Positions 22,474 through 32,828 of a DNA stretch of 64,000 bases are shown here, in pieces; the stretch's first letter is position 1; each line of letters begins with the position of its first letter. The DNA comes from Acidimicrobiales bacterium (GTDB taxonomy: Bacteria > Actinomycetota > Acidimicrobiia > Acidimicrobiales > GCA-2861595), in NCBI GenBank assembly GCA_035536185.1, contig DATLOM010000021.1, forward strand, positions 41,731 to 105,730, written 5' to 3'. The notes beneath the pieces were generated by a model that saw nothing but the letters and a program-made list of their open reading frames with translations, was not told the origin of the DNA and made no database searches. A program made the translations under genes and the position numbers.

Positions 22474-23813
22474 CGGTGCTGCGGGGGGGCGGCGCCACCG
22501 ACGTGGGGCGGGTGCGGTCGAACAACCAGGACCAGCTCCTGATGGCCGGCACCCTGTTCGCCGTGGCCGACGGGATGGGGGGCCACGCCGGCGGTGAGGT
22601 GGCCGCCCAGGCCGCCGTCGAGGCGCTGCGTGCCGCCTTCGACGAGAACCCCTCCGCCGACGGCCTGGCCGATGCCGTGCGCAAGGCGAACGAAGTCGTG
22701 TGGAACCGGGCCCAGGAAGGGCGGGAGCTGCGGGGGATGGGGACCACGATGACCGCCGTCGCCCTGGTCGAAGGAGACAGGGACGAGGACGATCTGCTCG
22801 CCGTGGTGAACGTCGGCGACTCCCGGGCCTACCTGCTGCGAGACGGCGAGCTCGAGCAGCTCACCGAGGACCACAGCGTCCCCGAGGAGCTGCGGCGTGC
22901 CGGTCGCCTCACCGACGCCGAGGCCGACGCCCACCCCCAACGCAATGTGTTGACCCGCGCCCTCGGCATCGATCCCAATGTGGAGGTCGACTGCTTCCAG
23001 GTCACTCCGTACCGCGGTGACCGTCTCGTGCTGTCCAGCGACGGGCTGTACAACGAGCTGAACAAGACCGAGATCGTGTCCATCCTTCGGCGGCTGTCCG
23101 ATCCGGAGGAGGCCGCCCAGGAACTGGTCACCATGGCCAAGGAGCACGGCGGCAACGACAACATCACCGTCGTGGTCGTAGACGTGGTGGACGACGACTC
23201 CCGGTCCCTTCGAGCTTCTGCCGCGGTGGCGCCCGACCCGGCCGCGGCCGCCACGACCGGGCGCCGGCGGCGGGACCCCGTCGCCTCGGCTCCCCCGTCC
23301 ACTGAGACCAATCTTCCGAGCCTGGCACGTTCAGCCGCGTCCGATCCCGCTCCGCCACCGGCTCCTATCCCCCCACCCCGCTCCCCCGACGTCATCGCCG
23401 GCGGCACGGGGCGGCGGATCACCCTCCGGGCCGCACTGTTCGTGACGTTGGTCGTGCTCGTCCTGGTGGCCGCTCTGGGAGCGACGGCCTGGTATGGACG
23501 GGGCGGGTACTTCGTCGGCGCCGAGGGCGGGCGCGGCGACCGAGTGCTGATCTTCAAGGGCCGGCCTGGCGGGCTGCTCTGGTTCGAGCCCACCATCGTG
23601 GAGCCCACCGGTGTCTCGCTGAGCGACCTCCGGCCGAACAACGCCCAGGACATCCGCTCAGGCAAGGAGTTCGGCTCCGTCGCCGCCGCCCGCCGCTACG
23701 TGGACAACGTCACCGAGGCGGCGGCTCCGACCACTACGACCACCGTCCCCTTCCCTCCCGGCCCCACCACCACGGGACCGGCGCCACCGCCGCCGCCGGC
23801 GCCGGTCCCATGA
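22470..23813 (+). CDS. pstP: PP2C-family Ser/Thr phosphatase PstP-like with C-terminal TM and extracellular tail
   Basis: GTG 22470 overlaps the upstream TGA. PP2C motifs TDVGRVRSNNQD, FAVADGMGGHAGGEVA, LLRDGELEQLTEDH, LVLSSDGL, GGNDNITVVVVD. TM LFVTLVVLVLVAALGATAWY. Confidence 0.92.
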   Translation: MTVLRGGGATDVGRVRSNNQDQLLMAGTLFAVADGMGGHAGGEVAAQAAVEALRAAFDENPSADGLADAVRKANEVVWNRAQEGRELRGMGTTMTAVALVEGDRDEDDLLAVVNVGDSRAYLLRDGELEQLTEDHSVPEELRRAGRLTDAEADAHPQRNVLTRALGIDPNVEVDCFQVTPYRGDRLVLSSDGLYNELNKTEIVSILRRLSDPEEAAQELVTMAKEHGGNDNITVVVVDVVDDDSRSLRASAAVAPDPAAAATTGRRRRDPVASAPPSTETNLPSLARSAASDPAPPPAPIPPPRSPDVIAGGTGRRITLRAALFVTLVVLVLVAALGATAWYGRGGYFVGAEGGRGDRVLIFKGRPGGLLWFEPTIVEPTGVSLSDLRPNNAQDIRSGKEFGSVAAARRYVDNVTEAAAPTTTTTVPFPPGPTTTGPAPPPPPAPVP

Positions 23814-25132
23814 CAAGCTCGCCCCGCCGCAGCACCGAGCTGGGGCTGCTGGTGCTGGCCGCCCTCGTCACCAGCGCCCTGTACGTGCTGGCCAGCCTCG
23901 GCAAGTCCGCTTCGATCCCGGCTGACGCCATCGGGTTCCTGGTCGTCGTGCTCGCCCTCTTCGTCGCCGCCCACGTGGCCATCCGCTGGCTGGCCCCCGA
24001 CGCCGACGGCACCCTGTTCCCCCTGGCCGTGGTCCTGAACGGCATCGGTTACGTGTTCATCGCCCGCCTGAACCCCTCCCTTGCCGGGCTGCAGGCACTG
24101 TGGACCGCGGTCGGCATAGCCGCCTTCGTGGGAACCCTCGCCCTGGTGAGGCGCGTCCGCGACCTCGAGAGGTACCGCTACACCTTCGCCCTCGTCGGCG
24201 TCGTGCTGCTGATGATGCCCCTGGTGCCGGGCCTCGGGCGCACCATCAACGGCGCCCGGCTGTGGATCCGGCTCGGCACCATCACCTTCCAGCCGGGCGA
24301 GATCGCCAAGATCGCCCTGGCCATCTTCTTCGCCGCCTATCTGGTGGAGAAGCGTGACGTCCTCCGGGACTTCGGCCGGGGCCGGCTGCTCAACGGCCGG
24401 TCGCTGGGCCCCATCATCCTGGCCTGGGGGGCGTCTCTGCTGGTGATGACGGGCGAGCGCGATCTCGGTTCGTCCCTCCTGTTCTTCGCCCTCTTCATCT
24501 CCATGCTCTGGCTGGCCACGGCACGGGCCGAGTTCCTCGGGGTCGGCTTCGTCCTCTTCAGCGGCGGCGCCTTCGTCGCCTACTCGGCCTTCGGCCACGT
24601 GCAGTCGCGCATCCGGGTGTGGATAGACCCGTGGTCCCGCGCCGCGGACCAGGGCTACCAGCTCGTCCAGGCCGCCTATGCCTTCGGCTCCGGAGGCTTC
24701 GCCGGAACGGGCCCGGGGCTGGGATCACCGGGCAAGATCCCGGCGGCGACCACCGACTTCATCTTCGCCGCCATCGGCGAGGAGCTGGGCCTGCTCGGGA
24801 CGGCCGGCGTGCTCATCGCCTTCGTGTTCATGGTCGGCGCCGGCCTTCGGGTGGCCACGGCGGCCGAGCAACCCTTCGAGAAGCTGCTCGCCGCCGGCCT
24901 CACCACCATCCTCGCCGTGCAGACCTTCATCATCGTCGGCGGTGTCACCCGCCTCGTCCCCCTCACCGGCGTCACCCTCCCCTTCATGTCCTACGGCGGG
25001 TCGTCACTCCTGGCCAACTACGTCCTGCTGGCCCTCCTCCTGCGCATCTCCGACGACACCGCCCGCCGGGCCGGCAGGGCCGCCGCCGAAGCGGGATCCC
25101 TCTCCGACGAAACCGTCCTGGCCGCCGGATGA
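23810..25132 (+). CDS. rodA: SEDS-family peptidoglycan polymerase (FtsW/RodA)
   Basis: 440 aa polytopic membrane protein with FtsW/RodA/SpoVE motifs (FQPGEIAKIALAIFFAAYL, TDFIFAAIGEELGLLG, LPFMSYGGSS). ATGA overlap with pstP. Confidence 0.93.
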   Translation: MTSSPRRSTELGLLVLAALVTSALYVLASLGKSASIPADAIGFLVVVLALFVAAHVAIRWLAPDADGTLFPLAVVLNGIGYVFIARLNPSLAGLQALWTAVGIAAFVGTLALVRRVRDLERYRYTFALVGVVLLMMPLVPGLGRTINGARLWIRLGTITFQPGEIAKIALAIFFAAYLVEKRDVLRDFGRGRLLNGRSLGPIILAWGASLLVMTGERDLGSSLLFFALFISMLWLATARAEFLGVGFVLFSGGAFVAYSAFGHVQSRIRVWIDPWSRAADQGYQLVQAAYAFGSGGFAGTGPGLGSPGKIPAATTDFIFAAIGEELGLLGTAGVLIAFVFMVGAGLRVATAAEQPFEKLLAAGLTTILAVQTFIIVGGVTRLVPLTGVTLPFMSYGGSSLLANYVLLALLLRISDDTARRAGRAAAEAGSLSDETVLAAG

Positions 25133-25232
25133 TGACGCACTCATCGTTGATCCGCACCCACGGCGCCGGGCGGGGGTGGGGACCCCGCCCCGGCGAGGAG
25201 GCCGGGGTTGGGGCCCCGGCCGGGGAATAAGC

Positions 25233-26681
25233 GTGGACCACCAGATACGCCGGCTCGGCCTCGTGCTCATGATCCTGTTCTTCGCCCTGTTCCTCAGGCT
25301 CAACGACCTGCAGGTGCTCAGGTCCGAACAGCTGGCCAATGCCCCCGGCAACACCCGTACGGTCATACGGGACTTCAGCCGGGAACGGGGCGTGATCCAG
25401 ACGGCCGACGGCGCCATCGTCGCCCGCTCGGTGGCCACCGACGACGCCTTCGAGCGGCGCCGGGAGTACCCCGAGGGTGAGCTGTTCGCCCACGTAGCCG
25501 GCTACTTCTCCTTCACCTACGGCACCGAAGGCGTGGAGCGCACCTACGGCTCGGACCTGGCCGGGCGCAGCGTCGCCATGAAGCGGCCCAGCGATCTGTT
25601 CTCCGACCGGGTCCGCACCGGCAACGTCACCCTCACCGTCTCGAAGTCCCTGCAGCAGGTGGCCCGCGACGCTCTTGGGAACCGCAAGGGATCCGTGGTC
25701 GCCGTCGATCCCACCAACGGTGCCGTGCTGGCCATGTGGAGCTTCCCCTCCTTCGATCCGGCACCCCTGGCCGGCCACGACCAGAAGGCCGTGCAGGCCA
25801 GGTACGCCGAGCTCCAGGCCGATGCGGCCAAGCCGATGCTGCCCCGCTCCTACCGTGAGCGCTACGCCCCCGGCTCCACCTTCAAGGTGGTGACGGCGGC
25901 CGCCGCGCTGGAGCAGGCTCCGGACCTTGTCTCCAAGGACTATCCCCGCCTCCGGACCCTCGACCTCCCACAGACGGACCGGGACCTGCCCAACTTCGAG
26001 AGCAGCAACTGTGGCGGCTCGCTGAGCGACCTCCTGCGGGTGTCCTGCAACACCGGGTTCGCCCAGATGGGCATAGACCTCGGGGCCGACAAGCTCTCCG
26101 GCGAGGCCGGCGATTTCGGGTTCGGCGGCCGCCCGCCCCTGGACCTGCCGGCCATCCGAGGCTCGGTCTTCCCCGGCCCGTCGGCCTTTGCCCGCGACAT
26201 CCCGGCGCTGGCCAAGTCGGCCATCGGCCAGCAGGACGTGTCGGCCACGCCGCTGCAGATGGCCCTGGTGGCGGCCGGAGTGGCCAACGGCGGCGTGATC
26301 ATGAAGCCCCACGTGATGGCCGAGGTCCGCGACGACGAGGGCGAGGTGGTCAAGAGCTGGAACCCCGAGCCGTGGAAGCAGGCGATGTCGGCCCAGAACG
26401 CGGCGAGCCTCCGCGACATGATGGTCCAGGTCGTCAACGCCGGCACCGGTCGTCGCGCCGCCCTGCCGAGCGTGCAGGTGGCGGGCAAGACAGGCACGGC
26501 GCAGACACAGGGCGACAACGCCCACGCCTGGATGGTCGCCTTCGCCCCGGCCGATGCCCCCCGGGTGGCCGTTGCCGTCATCGTCGAGAGCCAGCCCGGT
26601 CTCGGCGACAGCGTCACCGGTGGCCGCGTTGCCGCGCCCATCGCCCAGTCCGTCCTCAGGGCCGCTCTGGGCGCCCCGTAG
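25233..26681 (+). CDS. pbpA: Class B penicillin-binding protein (PbpA-like transpeptidase)
   Basis: In-frame GTG 25233 (VDHQIRRLGLVLMILFFALFL...) chosen within track ORF 24678-26681. SxxK motif STFKVVTAAAAL, a candidate SxN region, KTG motif AGKTGTAQ. Confidence 0.9.
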   Translation: MDHQIRRLGLVLMILFFALFLRLNDLQVLRSEQLANAPGNTRTVIRDFSRERGVIQTADGAIVARSVATDDAFERRREYPEGELFAHVAGYFSFTYGTEGVERTYGSDLAGRSVAMKRPSDLFSDRVRTGNVTLTVSKSLQQVARDALGNRKGSVVAVDPTNGAVLAMWSFPSFDPAPLAGHDQKAVQARYAELQADAAKPMLPRSYRERYAPGSTFKVVTAAAALEQAPDLVSKDYPRLRTLDLPQTDRDLPNFESSNCGGSLSDLLRVSCNTGFAQMGIDLGADKLSGEAGDFGFGGRPPLDLPAIRGSVFPGPSAFARDIPALAKSAIGQQDVSATPLQMALVAAGVANGGVIMKPHVMAEVRDDEGEVVKSWNPEPWKQAMSAQNAASLRDMMVQVVNAGTGRRAALPSVQVAGKTGTAQTQGDNAHAWMVAFAPADAPRVAVAVIVESQPGLGDSVTGGRVAAPIAQSVLRAALGAP

Positions 26682-26695
26682 GCTGGCCTTCGCGC

Positions 26696-28654
26696 ATGGA
26701 CAGCCCCCCCGCACGCGTCTACAGCGGGCGCTACGAGATCGTGCGGCCTATAGCGCGCGGGGGCATGGCCGAGGTGTACCTGGCGCGAGACCAGCTGCTG
26801 GACCGCCCCGTCGCCCTCAAGGTGCTCTTCCCCGAGCTCTCGGTCGACCGCTCCTTCGTCGAGCGCTTCCGCCGGGAGGCCCAGGCCGCGGCCAACCTCA
26901 GCCACCCGAACATCGTGTCGGTCTACGACTGGGGCGAGGAGGGCGACACCTACTTCATCGTCATGGAGTTCATCGACGGCCGGCCGCTGTCCAGCGTCAT
27001 CCGGTCGCAGGGAAAGCTCCTTCCCGACCGTGCCGCGGCCATCGGCGCCGATGTCGCCGCCGCCCTCTCCTTCGCCCACCGCCACGACGTCGTGCACCGT
27101 GACGTGAAGCCCGGCAACGTGCTCATCGACACCGACGGCCACGTCAAGGTGGCCGACTTCGGCATCGCCCGGGCCAAGAACACCGACGAGAACCTCACTC
27201 AGACCGGAGCGGTGATGGGCACCGCCACCTACTTCTCGCCGGAGCAGGCCCAGGGGCTCGGCGTAGACGCCCGCAGCGACGTCTACTCCCTCGGCGTCGT
27301 TCTCTACGAGATGGTCACCGGGTCGCCGCCCTTCTCCGGGGACAACCCCCTCACCATCGCCTACAAGCACGTGAGGGAGATCCCCGAGCCGCCACGCCTC
27401 CGTGACCCCGCGCTACCCGCCGCCTTCGAGGCCATCGTCCTCCAGGCGCTGGCCAAGGACCCGGCCGAGCGCTACGCCACCGCCGATGAGCTGCGCAACG
27501 ACCTCCTGCGCTACCAGCAGGGACGCGACGTTCTCGCCGTGCCGCCGGTACCCAGAGATGTGCCGGACGAGACCGTGGCCGTCCCGGCCATGGATGGAGC
27601 CACCCGGGTCAACCGGCGCACGGGACCGATGCCGGGCAGCGTCATCCCGGTGCCGGCCGATGGCGAGGCCCGCCGCGGCACGGGCGCCTACATCGGGCTA
27701 CTCGCCTTCATGCTCGTCGCCCTGACCATCCTGCTGTTCCTCCTGGGCAGGACGCTCGGGCTCTTCGGCGACGACGACGGCGCCGCCAGCGTGGTCGTAC
27801 CGAGCGTGGTGGGCCAACCGGCCGACGACGCCGAGCGAACCCTCGAGGATCTCGGCTTCGTGGTCCGTACCGAGCTGGAGGACAACGAAGCCGAGGCCAA
27901 CGTCGTGTTCGACCAGGACCCCGATGCCGACACCAAGGTCGACGACGGATCTCCGGTGACCCTGAAGGTCAGCCGGGGGGCACGTCCCGTCGACGTCCCA
28001 TCGGTGGTGGGTGAGGAGGAGGCCGACGCCATCTCCCTGCTGGAGAGCCTGGGCTTCGAGGTCGAGACCACCCAGCAACCCGACGACGATCAGCCCGCCG
28101 GCCGGGTCGTCCTCCAGGATCCCAAGCCCAGCACGCCGGCGCCGAAGGGCTCCAGCGTCACCATCACGGTGTCGACCGGGAAGCCGAAGGTCGAGGTGCC
28201 GCTGGTCGTGGGCAAGGACGGCACCGCGGCGGCCGACGACATCGTCAACGCCGGCCTGCGCGTCCGTACGATCAACGAGCCATCCACCAGCGTGGAGAGG
28301 GGCAAGGTCGTCCGCACCGATCCGGCGGCCGGTTCCTCGGTGGACAAGGGTTCGGTGGTGACGGTCTTCGTGTCCTCCGGCGTGGAGACGGCGCAGGTCC
28401 CCAACGTCATCGGCAGGCGCCAGGAGGAGGCCACCGCCGCCCTGCAGGCGCTCGGGTTCACCGTGAAGGTGGAGAACGTGGTGGTCGTGAGCGACGCCGA
28501 CGACGGGCGGGTGCTCGAGCAGAGCCCCACCGGCGGGACCGACGCTCCCAAGGGTTCCACCGTCACCATCAGGGTCGGCCGCAAGGTCGGCGGGCCCCCC
28601 ACGTCCAGCACGACCTCCATCGTCACCACCAGCAGCACGCCTCCAACCACCTAG
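26696..28654 (+). CDS. pknB: Ser/Thr protein kinase PknB-like with four PASTA repeats
   Basis: ATG 26696 (MDSPPARVYSGRYEIVRPIARGGMAEVYLARD). Kinase motifs HRDVKPGNVLI, DFGIA, SPEQA. One TM, then four roughly 65 aa PASTA-like repeats (VPSVVGQP.., VPSVVGEE.., VPLVVGKD.., VPNVIGRR..). Confidence 0.95.
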   Translation: MDSPPARVYSGRYEIVRPIARGGMAEVYLARDQLLDRPVALKVLFPELSVDRSFVERFRREAQAAANLSHPNIVSVYDWGEEGDTYFIVMEFIDGRPLSSVIRSQGKLLPDRAAAIGADVAAALSFAHRHDVVHRDVKPGNVLIDTDGHVKVADFGIARAKNTDENLTQTGAVMGTATYFSPEQAQGLGVDARSDVYSLGVVLYEMVTGSPPFSGDNPLTIAYKHVREIPEPPRLRDPALPAAFEAIVLQALAKDPAERYATADELRNDLLRYQQGRDVLAVPPVPRDVPDETVAVPAMDGATRVNRRTGPMPGSVIPVPADGEARRGTGAYIGLLAFMLVALTILLFLLGRTLGLFGDDDGAASVVVPSVVGQPADDAERTLEDLGFVVRTELEDNEAEANVVFDQDPDADTKVDDGSPVTLKVSRGARPVDVPSVVGEEEADAISLLESLGFEVETTQQPDDDQPAGRVVLQDPKPSTPAPKGSSVTITVSTGKPKVEVPLVVGKDGTAAADDIVNAGLRVRTINEPSTSVERGKVVRTDPAAGSSVDKGSVVTVFVSSGVETAQVPNVIGRRQEEATAALQALGFTVKVENVVVVSDADDGRVLEQSPTGGTDAPKGSTVTIRVGRKVGGPPTSSTTSIVTTSSTPPTT

Positions 28655-28670
28655 CGGAGGTAGGGGGCGC

Positions 28671-29261
28671 TCAGGACGTCGCCGGCGCGGCCTGGCGGAG
28701 AAAGTTCTGGAGCAGGCTCTTGCCGGCAAGGGTCAGGATCGACTCGGGGTGGAACTGCACGCCCTCGATGGGCAGCTCCCGGTGGCGCAGCCCCATGATC
28801 ACGCCGTCCTCGGACTCCGCCGTCACCTCCAGCGATTCGGGCAGGCTCTCGCGCTCCACCATCAGCGAGTGGTACCGGGTGGCCTCGAAGGGCTCCGGAA
28901 GCCCCGCGAGCACGCCGGCCCCGTGGTGACTGACGATCGACGTCTTGCCGTGCATGACCCGGGGGGCCCGCACCACCACCCCGCCGAACACCTCGCCGAT
29001 GCACTGGTGGCCGAGGCAGACCCCGAGCACCGGTACCCGCTGACCGAGCATCTCGATGACCCCGTTGCTGATGCCGGCGCCGGCCGGCCTCCCCGGACCG
29101 GGGCTGATGACCACGGCATCGGGCTCGAGGGCGGCGGCCTCCTCCACGGTGATGGCATCGTTGCGGTGAACGACCGGTTCGGCCCCCAGCTCCCCCAGGT
29201 ACTGGACGAGGTTGTAGACGAACGAGTCGTAGTTGTCGACCACCAGCACGCGTGCACCCAC
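28671..29261 (-). CDS. trpG: Anthranilate/aminodeoxychorismate synthase component II (glutamine amidotransferase)
   Basis: 196 aa. [22 protein letters not shown]..., catalytic GVCLGHQ, FHPESI. Position matches Rv0013. Confidence 0.93.
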   Translation of the reverse strand: MGARVLVVDNYDSFVYNLVQYLGELGAEPVVHRNDAITVEEAAALEPDAVVISPGPGRPAGAGISNGVIEMLGQRVPVLGVCLGHQCIGEVFGGVVVRAPRVMHGKTSIVSHHGAGVLAGLPEPFEATRYHSLMVERESLPESLEVTAESEDGVIMGLRHRELPIEGVQFHPESILTLAGKSLLQNFLRQAAPATS

Positions 29262-29348
29262 CGTTTCGGCCTCCCGCCTCAGGGCATTCCCGCGGGACGA
29301 CGGACGGGTCGACCGGTGGCGCCCGGCTCCGCTCGGTAACCTCGCCTC

Positions 29349-29642
29349 ATGAGGACCAAGGACACCAAAGGTCGCACCGGCCGGGTGACACCCAAGGGCT
29401 CGTCAGGCTCGGGGCGGCCCACGCCCCCGCCCTCCGGTCGGTACACCCCACCGATCCCGAAGGAGGAGAAGGTCAGCCCGCGGTGGGTCCCCTTCGTCAT
29501 GTTCACGCTGCTGCTCCTGGGCATGGGGATCATCATCTGCAACTACCTCGAGATTCTGCCCGGTGATGCCAAGAACGAGTACCTGTTCCTCGGCCTCGGC
29601 TTCATCACCGGCGGGTTCATAGCCGCCACCCAGTACCGCTAG
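29349..29642 (+). CDS. crgA: Cell division protein CrgA
   Basis: 97 aa. Basic N-terminus, two TMs ([21 protein letters not shown]; [17 protein letters not shown]). Synteny with Rv0011c. Confidence 0.88.
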   Translation: MRTKDTKGRTGRVTPKGSSGSGRPTPPPSGRYTPPIPKEEKVSPRWVPFVMFTLLLLGMGIIICNYLEILPGDAKNEYLFLGLGFITGGFIAATQYR

Positions 29643-29658
29643 GGCGGGCTTCCCCTCA

Positions 29659-29904
29659 CTAGTCGATGGGCGACACCAGCTGCATGTCCTCCATGCAGTG
29701 GCGCGGAGGGGGCGGGTCGGAGTCGGGGGCGGCGGTCATCTTGAGGGCGACCCCGCACGTGGGGCACCGGTACTTGAGGCTGACCCGTCGCAGCTCGCCC
29801 GCCGGCGGCGCCTCCGGTGCCGGCCGGGCCAGGCCCCGGAGGATCATCACGCCGAGCTTCATCACCACGAAGATGAAGACCAGGCTCACCACCAACTTCA
29901 CCAC
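29659..29904 (-). CDS. Small membrane protein with a C-terminal Cys/His pair motif
   Basis: 81 aa. N-terminal TM (LVVSLVFIFVVMKLGVMIL), then CPTCG...HC. Lies 10 nt downstream of the thiolase gene on the same strand. Confidence 0.45.
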   Translation of the reverse strand: MVKLVVSLVFIFVVMKLGVMILRGLARPAPEAPPAGELRRVSLKYRCPTCGVALKMTAAPDSDPPPPRHCMEDMQLVSPID

Positions 29905-29913
29905 GTGCCGATC

Positions 29914-31101
29914 CTACGGGGCGTCCACCCGCTCGACGATCAGCGCCGTGGCCTGCCCGCCGCCGGTGCACATGACCTGGAGCCCGTAGCGCCCCTTCCT
30001 CCGCTCCAGCTCGTGGACCAGCGTGGTCAGCAGGCGGGCGCCCGAAGCTCCTATGGGATGGCCGAGGGCGATGGCCCCGCCGTTCACGTTGACCTTGGCC
30101 ATGTCCGGCCGCAGCTCGGTCGCCCACGCCAGCACCACTGAGGCGAAGGCCTCGTTGACCTCGAACACGTCGATGTCGTAGATCGACAGCTTGGCCCGCT
30201 CGAGCACCTTCTGGGTCGCCGGTATCGGACCGCTCAGCATGAGCACCGGGTCGACGCCGGCCAGGGCGAAGGCGCACAGGCGGGCCCGGGGCGAGAGTCC
30301 CAATGCCGAGCACCGCTCTTCGCTCATCACGAGCACGGCCGCGGCGCCGTCGCTGATCTGCGAGGAGTTGCCGGCGGTGACGGTGCCGCCGGGGGTGAAG
30401 GCGGGCTTGAGCCCGGCCAGGATCGCCGCCGTGGTGCCGGCCCGGACGCCCTCGTCGGCACCGAACATCTCGCCGGTGGCGTGGCCGTTCTGGTCCCGGA
30501 CCGGCAGCGGCAGGATCTCGGCGGCGAAGCGCCCCTCGTCCCGCGCCCGGAAGGCCTTCTGCTGCGAGCCGGCGGCGTACTCGTCGAGCGCCTCACGGGA
30601 CAGCCCCCACCGCTCCGCCATCAGCTCGGCCGCCACCCCCTGGGGCACGAGGCCACCCTCGCCGGCGTAGCGGGCCAGGACGGCGGGACCAAAGGGCATC
30701 CCCGCCCCCACCACCTGCATGGACACACCCATCGGGACCCTGCTCATCGACTCGACCCCGGCGGCGATGACCACGTCGGCGGCACCGGCCATGACCGCTT
30801 GGGCCGCGAAGTGGACGGCCTGCTGGGAGCTACCGCACTGGCGATCGATGCTCGTGCCCGGCACCGACTCGGGGAAGCCGGCGGCGAGCACGGCGTTGCG
30901 GCCCACGTTGAGGCTCTGCTCGCCCACCTGCATGACACACCCCATGATCACGTCGTCGACCATGGCCGGGTCGAGGTCGCTGCGCTCGACGACGGCGCGG
31001 AGGACCGACGCAGCCAGATCGGTGCTGTGCCAGCCGGCCAGCTTCCCGTTGCGGCGCCCGCAGGCGGTGCGCACGGCGTCGACGACGACCGCGGCGCCCA
31101 C
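29914..31101 (-). CDS. Acetyl-CoA C-acetyltransferase (thiolase)
   Basis: 395 aa. Thiolase motifs [12 protein letters not shown] (active Cys), [27 protein letters not shown]. Confidence 0.93.
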   Translation of the reverse strand: MGAAVVVDAVRTACGRRNGKLAGWHSTDLAASVLRAVVERSDLDPAMVDDVIMGCVMQVGEQSLNVGRNAVLAAGFPESVPGTSIDRQCGSSQQAVHFAAQAVMAGAADVVIAAGVESMSRVPMGVSMQVVGAGMPFGPAVLARYAGEGGLVPQGVAAELMAERWGLSREALDEYAAGSQQKAFRARDEGRFAAEILPLPVRDQNGHATGEMFGADEGVRAGTTAAILAGLKPAFTPGGTVTAGNSSQISDGAAAVLVMSEERCSALGLSPRARLCAFALAGVDPVLMLSGPIPATQKVLERAKLSIYDIDVFEVNEAFASVVLAWATELRPDMAKVNVNGGAIALGHPIGASGARLLTTLVHELERRKGRYGLQVMCTGGGQATALIVERVDAP

Positions 31102-31131
31102 CTCCGGCTGCCTGGACGGCCCGGACTGCTG

Positions 31132-31800
31132 CTACTTGTTGGGCTGCGGCGTGAGGCGCAGGTAGGGCTTGACCGCTTCCCAGCCCTTGGGGAACTTCTC
31201 CTTGGCCTCCTCGTCGGAGACGGCGGGCTGGATGATCACGTCCTGGCCGTCCTGCCAGTCCGCCGGCGTGGACACCCGGTACTTGGCGCTGAGCTGCAGG
31301 GAGTCGATCACCCGCAGGATCTCGGCGAAGTTGCGCCCCGCCGACTGCGGGTAGGTGATCATCAGCTTGATCGTCTTGTCGGGGCCGATCACGAAGACCG
31401 ACCGGACGGTCTGGGTGTCCTCGGCCTTTGGGTGGATCATCCCGTAGAGGTCAGCGACCTTACGGTCGGGGTCCCCGATGAGGGGGTACTCAACCTTCGC
31501 CCCCTGGGTCTCCTCGATGTCGCCGACCCAGCGCTCGTGCGCATCGACGGGGTCGACGCTGATGGCCAGGACCTTGGTGTTCCGCTTGGCGAACTCGTCC
31601 TTCAGCTTGGCCACCGCTCCCAGCTCGGTGGTGCAGACCGGGGTGAAGTCCTTGGGGTGGGAGAACAGCACGCCCCAGCTGTCACCGAGCCACTCGTGGA
31701 AGCTGATGGTGCCCTCGGTGGTGTCAGCGGTGAAGTCCGGGGCCTCGTCTCCAAGTTGCAGCGCCATGTCGTTACCTCCAGATTCGATGGTGTCGGCCAC
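31132..31800 (-). CDS. Peroxiredoxin (1-Cys Prx / Prx6-type, AhpC/TSA family)
   Basis: 222 aa. WGVLFSHPKDFTPVCTTELG peroxidatic-Cys motif. Confidence 0.92.
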   Translation of the reverse strand: MADTIESGGNDMALQLGDEAPDFTADTTEGTISFHEWLGDSWGVLFSHPKDFTPVCTTELGAVAKLKDEFAKRNTKVLAISVDPVDAHERWVGDIEETQGAKVEYPLIGDPDRKVADLYGMIHPKAEDTQTVRSVFVIGPDKTIKLMITYPQSAGRNFAEILRVIDSLQLSAKYRVSTPADWQDGQDVIIQPAVSDEEAKEKFPKGWEAVKPYLRLTPQPNK

Positions 31801-31856
31801 AATACCCGACCTGGGAAGTCAACAATGCGGGCTGCGGCCCATTCCCGCTGGACGTT

Positions 31857-31878
31857 GCCTACCTACCAGTAGGTAGGC
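31857..31878. promoter_or_regulatory. Perfect 10-bp inverted repeat, 22-bp palindrome, upstream of the desaturase gene
   Basis: GCCTACCTAC-CA-GTAGGTAGGC ends 8 nt before ATG 31887, in the divergent peroxiredoxin/desaturase intergenic region. Confidence 0.5.
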
Positions 31879-31886
31879 TGCAGGGC

Positions 31887-32813
31887 ATGGAGGAAACCGC
31901 CCTGCTGCACGAGCTCGAGCCCACCGTGGCCACGCTGCTGGACCGACACCTGGAAACCGCCAAGGAGTGGTTCCCCCACGAGTTGGTTCCCTGGGGCCGT
32001 GGTCGTGATTTCCAGCCGAACGAGGACTGGGATCCCAACGAGTACGAGATGCCCGACACGGTGCGCAGCGCCCTGTTCGTGAACCTGCTCACCGAGGACA
32101 ACCTGCCCTACTACTTCGCCCACATCGACTCGGTGTTCAAGGACGGCCCCTGGAGGGCCTGGAACCGGCGCTGGACGGCCGAGGAGGGACGCCATTCCAT
32201 CGTCATGCGGGACTACCTCACCGTCACCCGGGCCCTCGACCCCGTGGATCTGGAGCGGGGGCGCATGCAGCAGGTCTCCACCGCCGTGGTCCCCGAGCCG
32301 GAGACGGTGGCCGATGCCCTGGTCTACGTCGCCCTGCAGGAGCTGGCCACTCGCATCTCCCACCGCAACACCGGAAAGCTGCTCACCGACCGCGCCGGCT
32401 ACGACGTGATGGCCCGCGTCGCCGCCGACGAGAACCTCCACTACCTCTTCTACCGTGACGCCACCAGCGCGGCAATCGAGCTGGACCCGTCCACCGTGGT
32501 CATCGCCATCGAGCGCCAGGTGCGCGAGTTCGCCATGCCCGGAGTGGGGATCCCGAACTTCGCCACCCACGCCAGGCGCATCGCCGATGCCGGCGTGTAC
32601 GACTTCATCGAGCACCACGACCACATCCTCGTGCCTGTGGTACTCCGCTCCTGGCGGGTGGAGTCGCTGGAAGGTCTCACGCCCGAGGCCGAGCAGGCCC
32701 GGGAGCGTCTGGTGTCGCGGGTGGCCAAGGTGGGCAAGGCGGCGCAGCGCCTGCGGGAGCGCCGGGCCGAGCGCACCGAACGGGCCGAGCGGGTGCCGAG
32801 CACCGCAGCCTGA
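31887..32813 (+). CDS. Acyl-ACP desaturase (DesA-like di-iron enzyme)
   Basis: 308 aa. Di-iron carboxylate motifs TAEEGRHSIVMRDYL and ADENLHYLFY. N-terminus HELVPWGRGRDF is typical of stearoyl-ACP desaturase-like proteins. Confidence 0.88.
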   Translation: MEETALLHELEPTVATLLDRHLETAKEWFPHELVPWGRGRDFQPNEDWDPNEYEMPDTVRSALFVNLLTEDNLPYYFAHIDSVFKDGPWRAWNRRWTAEEGRHSIVMRDYLTVTRALDPVDLERGRMQQVSTAVVPEPETVADALVYVALQELATRISHRNTGKLLTDRAGYDVMARVAADENLHYLFYRDATSAAIELDPSTVVIAIERQVREFAMPGVGIPNFATHARRIADAGVYDFIEHHDHILVPVVLRSWRVESLEGLTPEAEQARERLVSRVAKVGKAAQRLRERRAERTERAERVPSTAA

Positions 32814-32828
32814 GCCAGGGCGAAAGGC

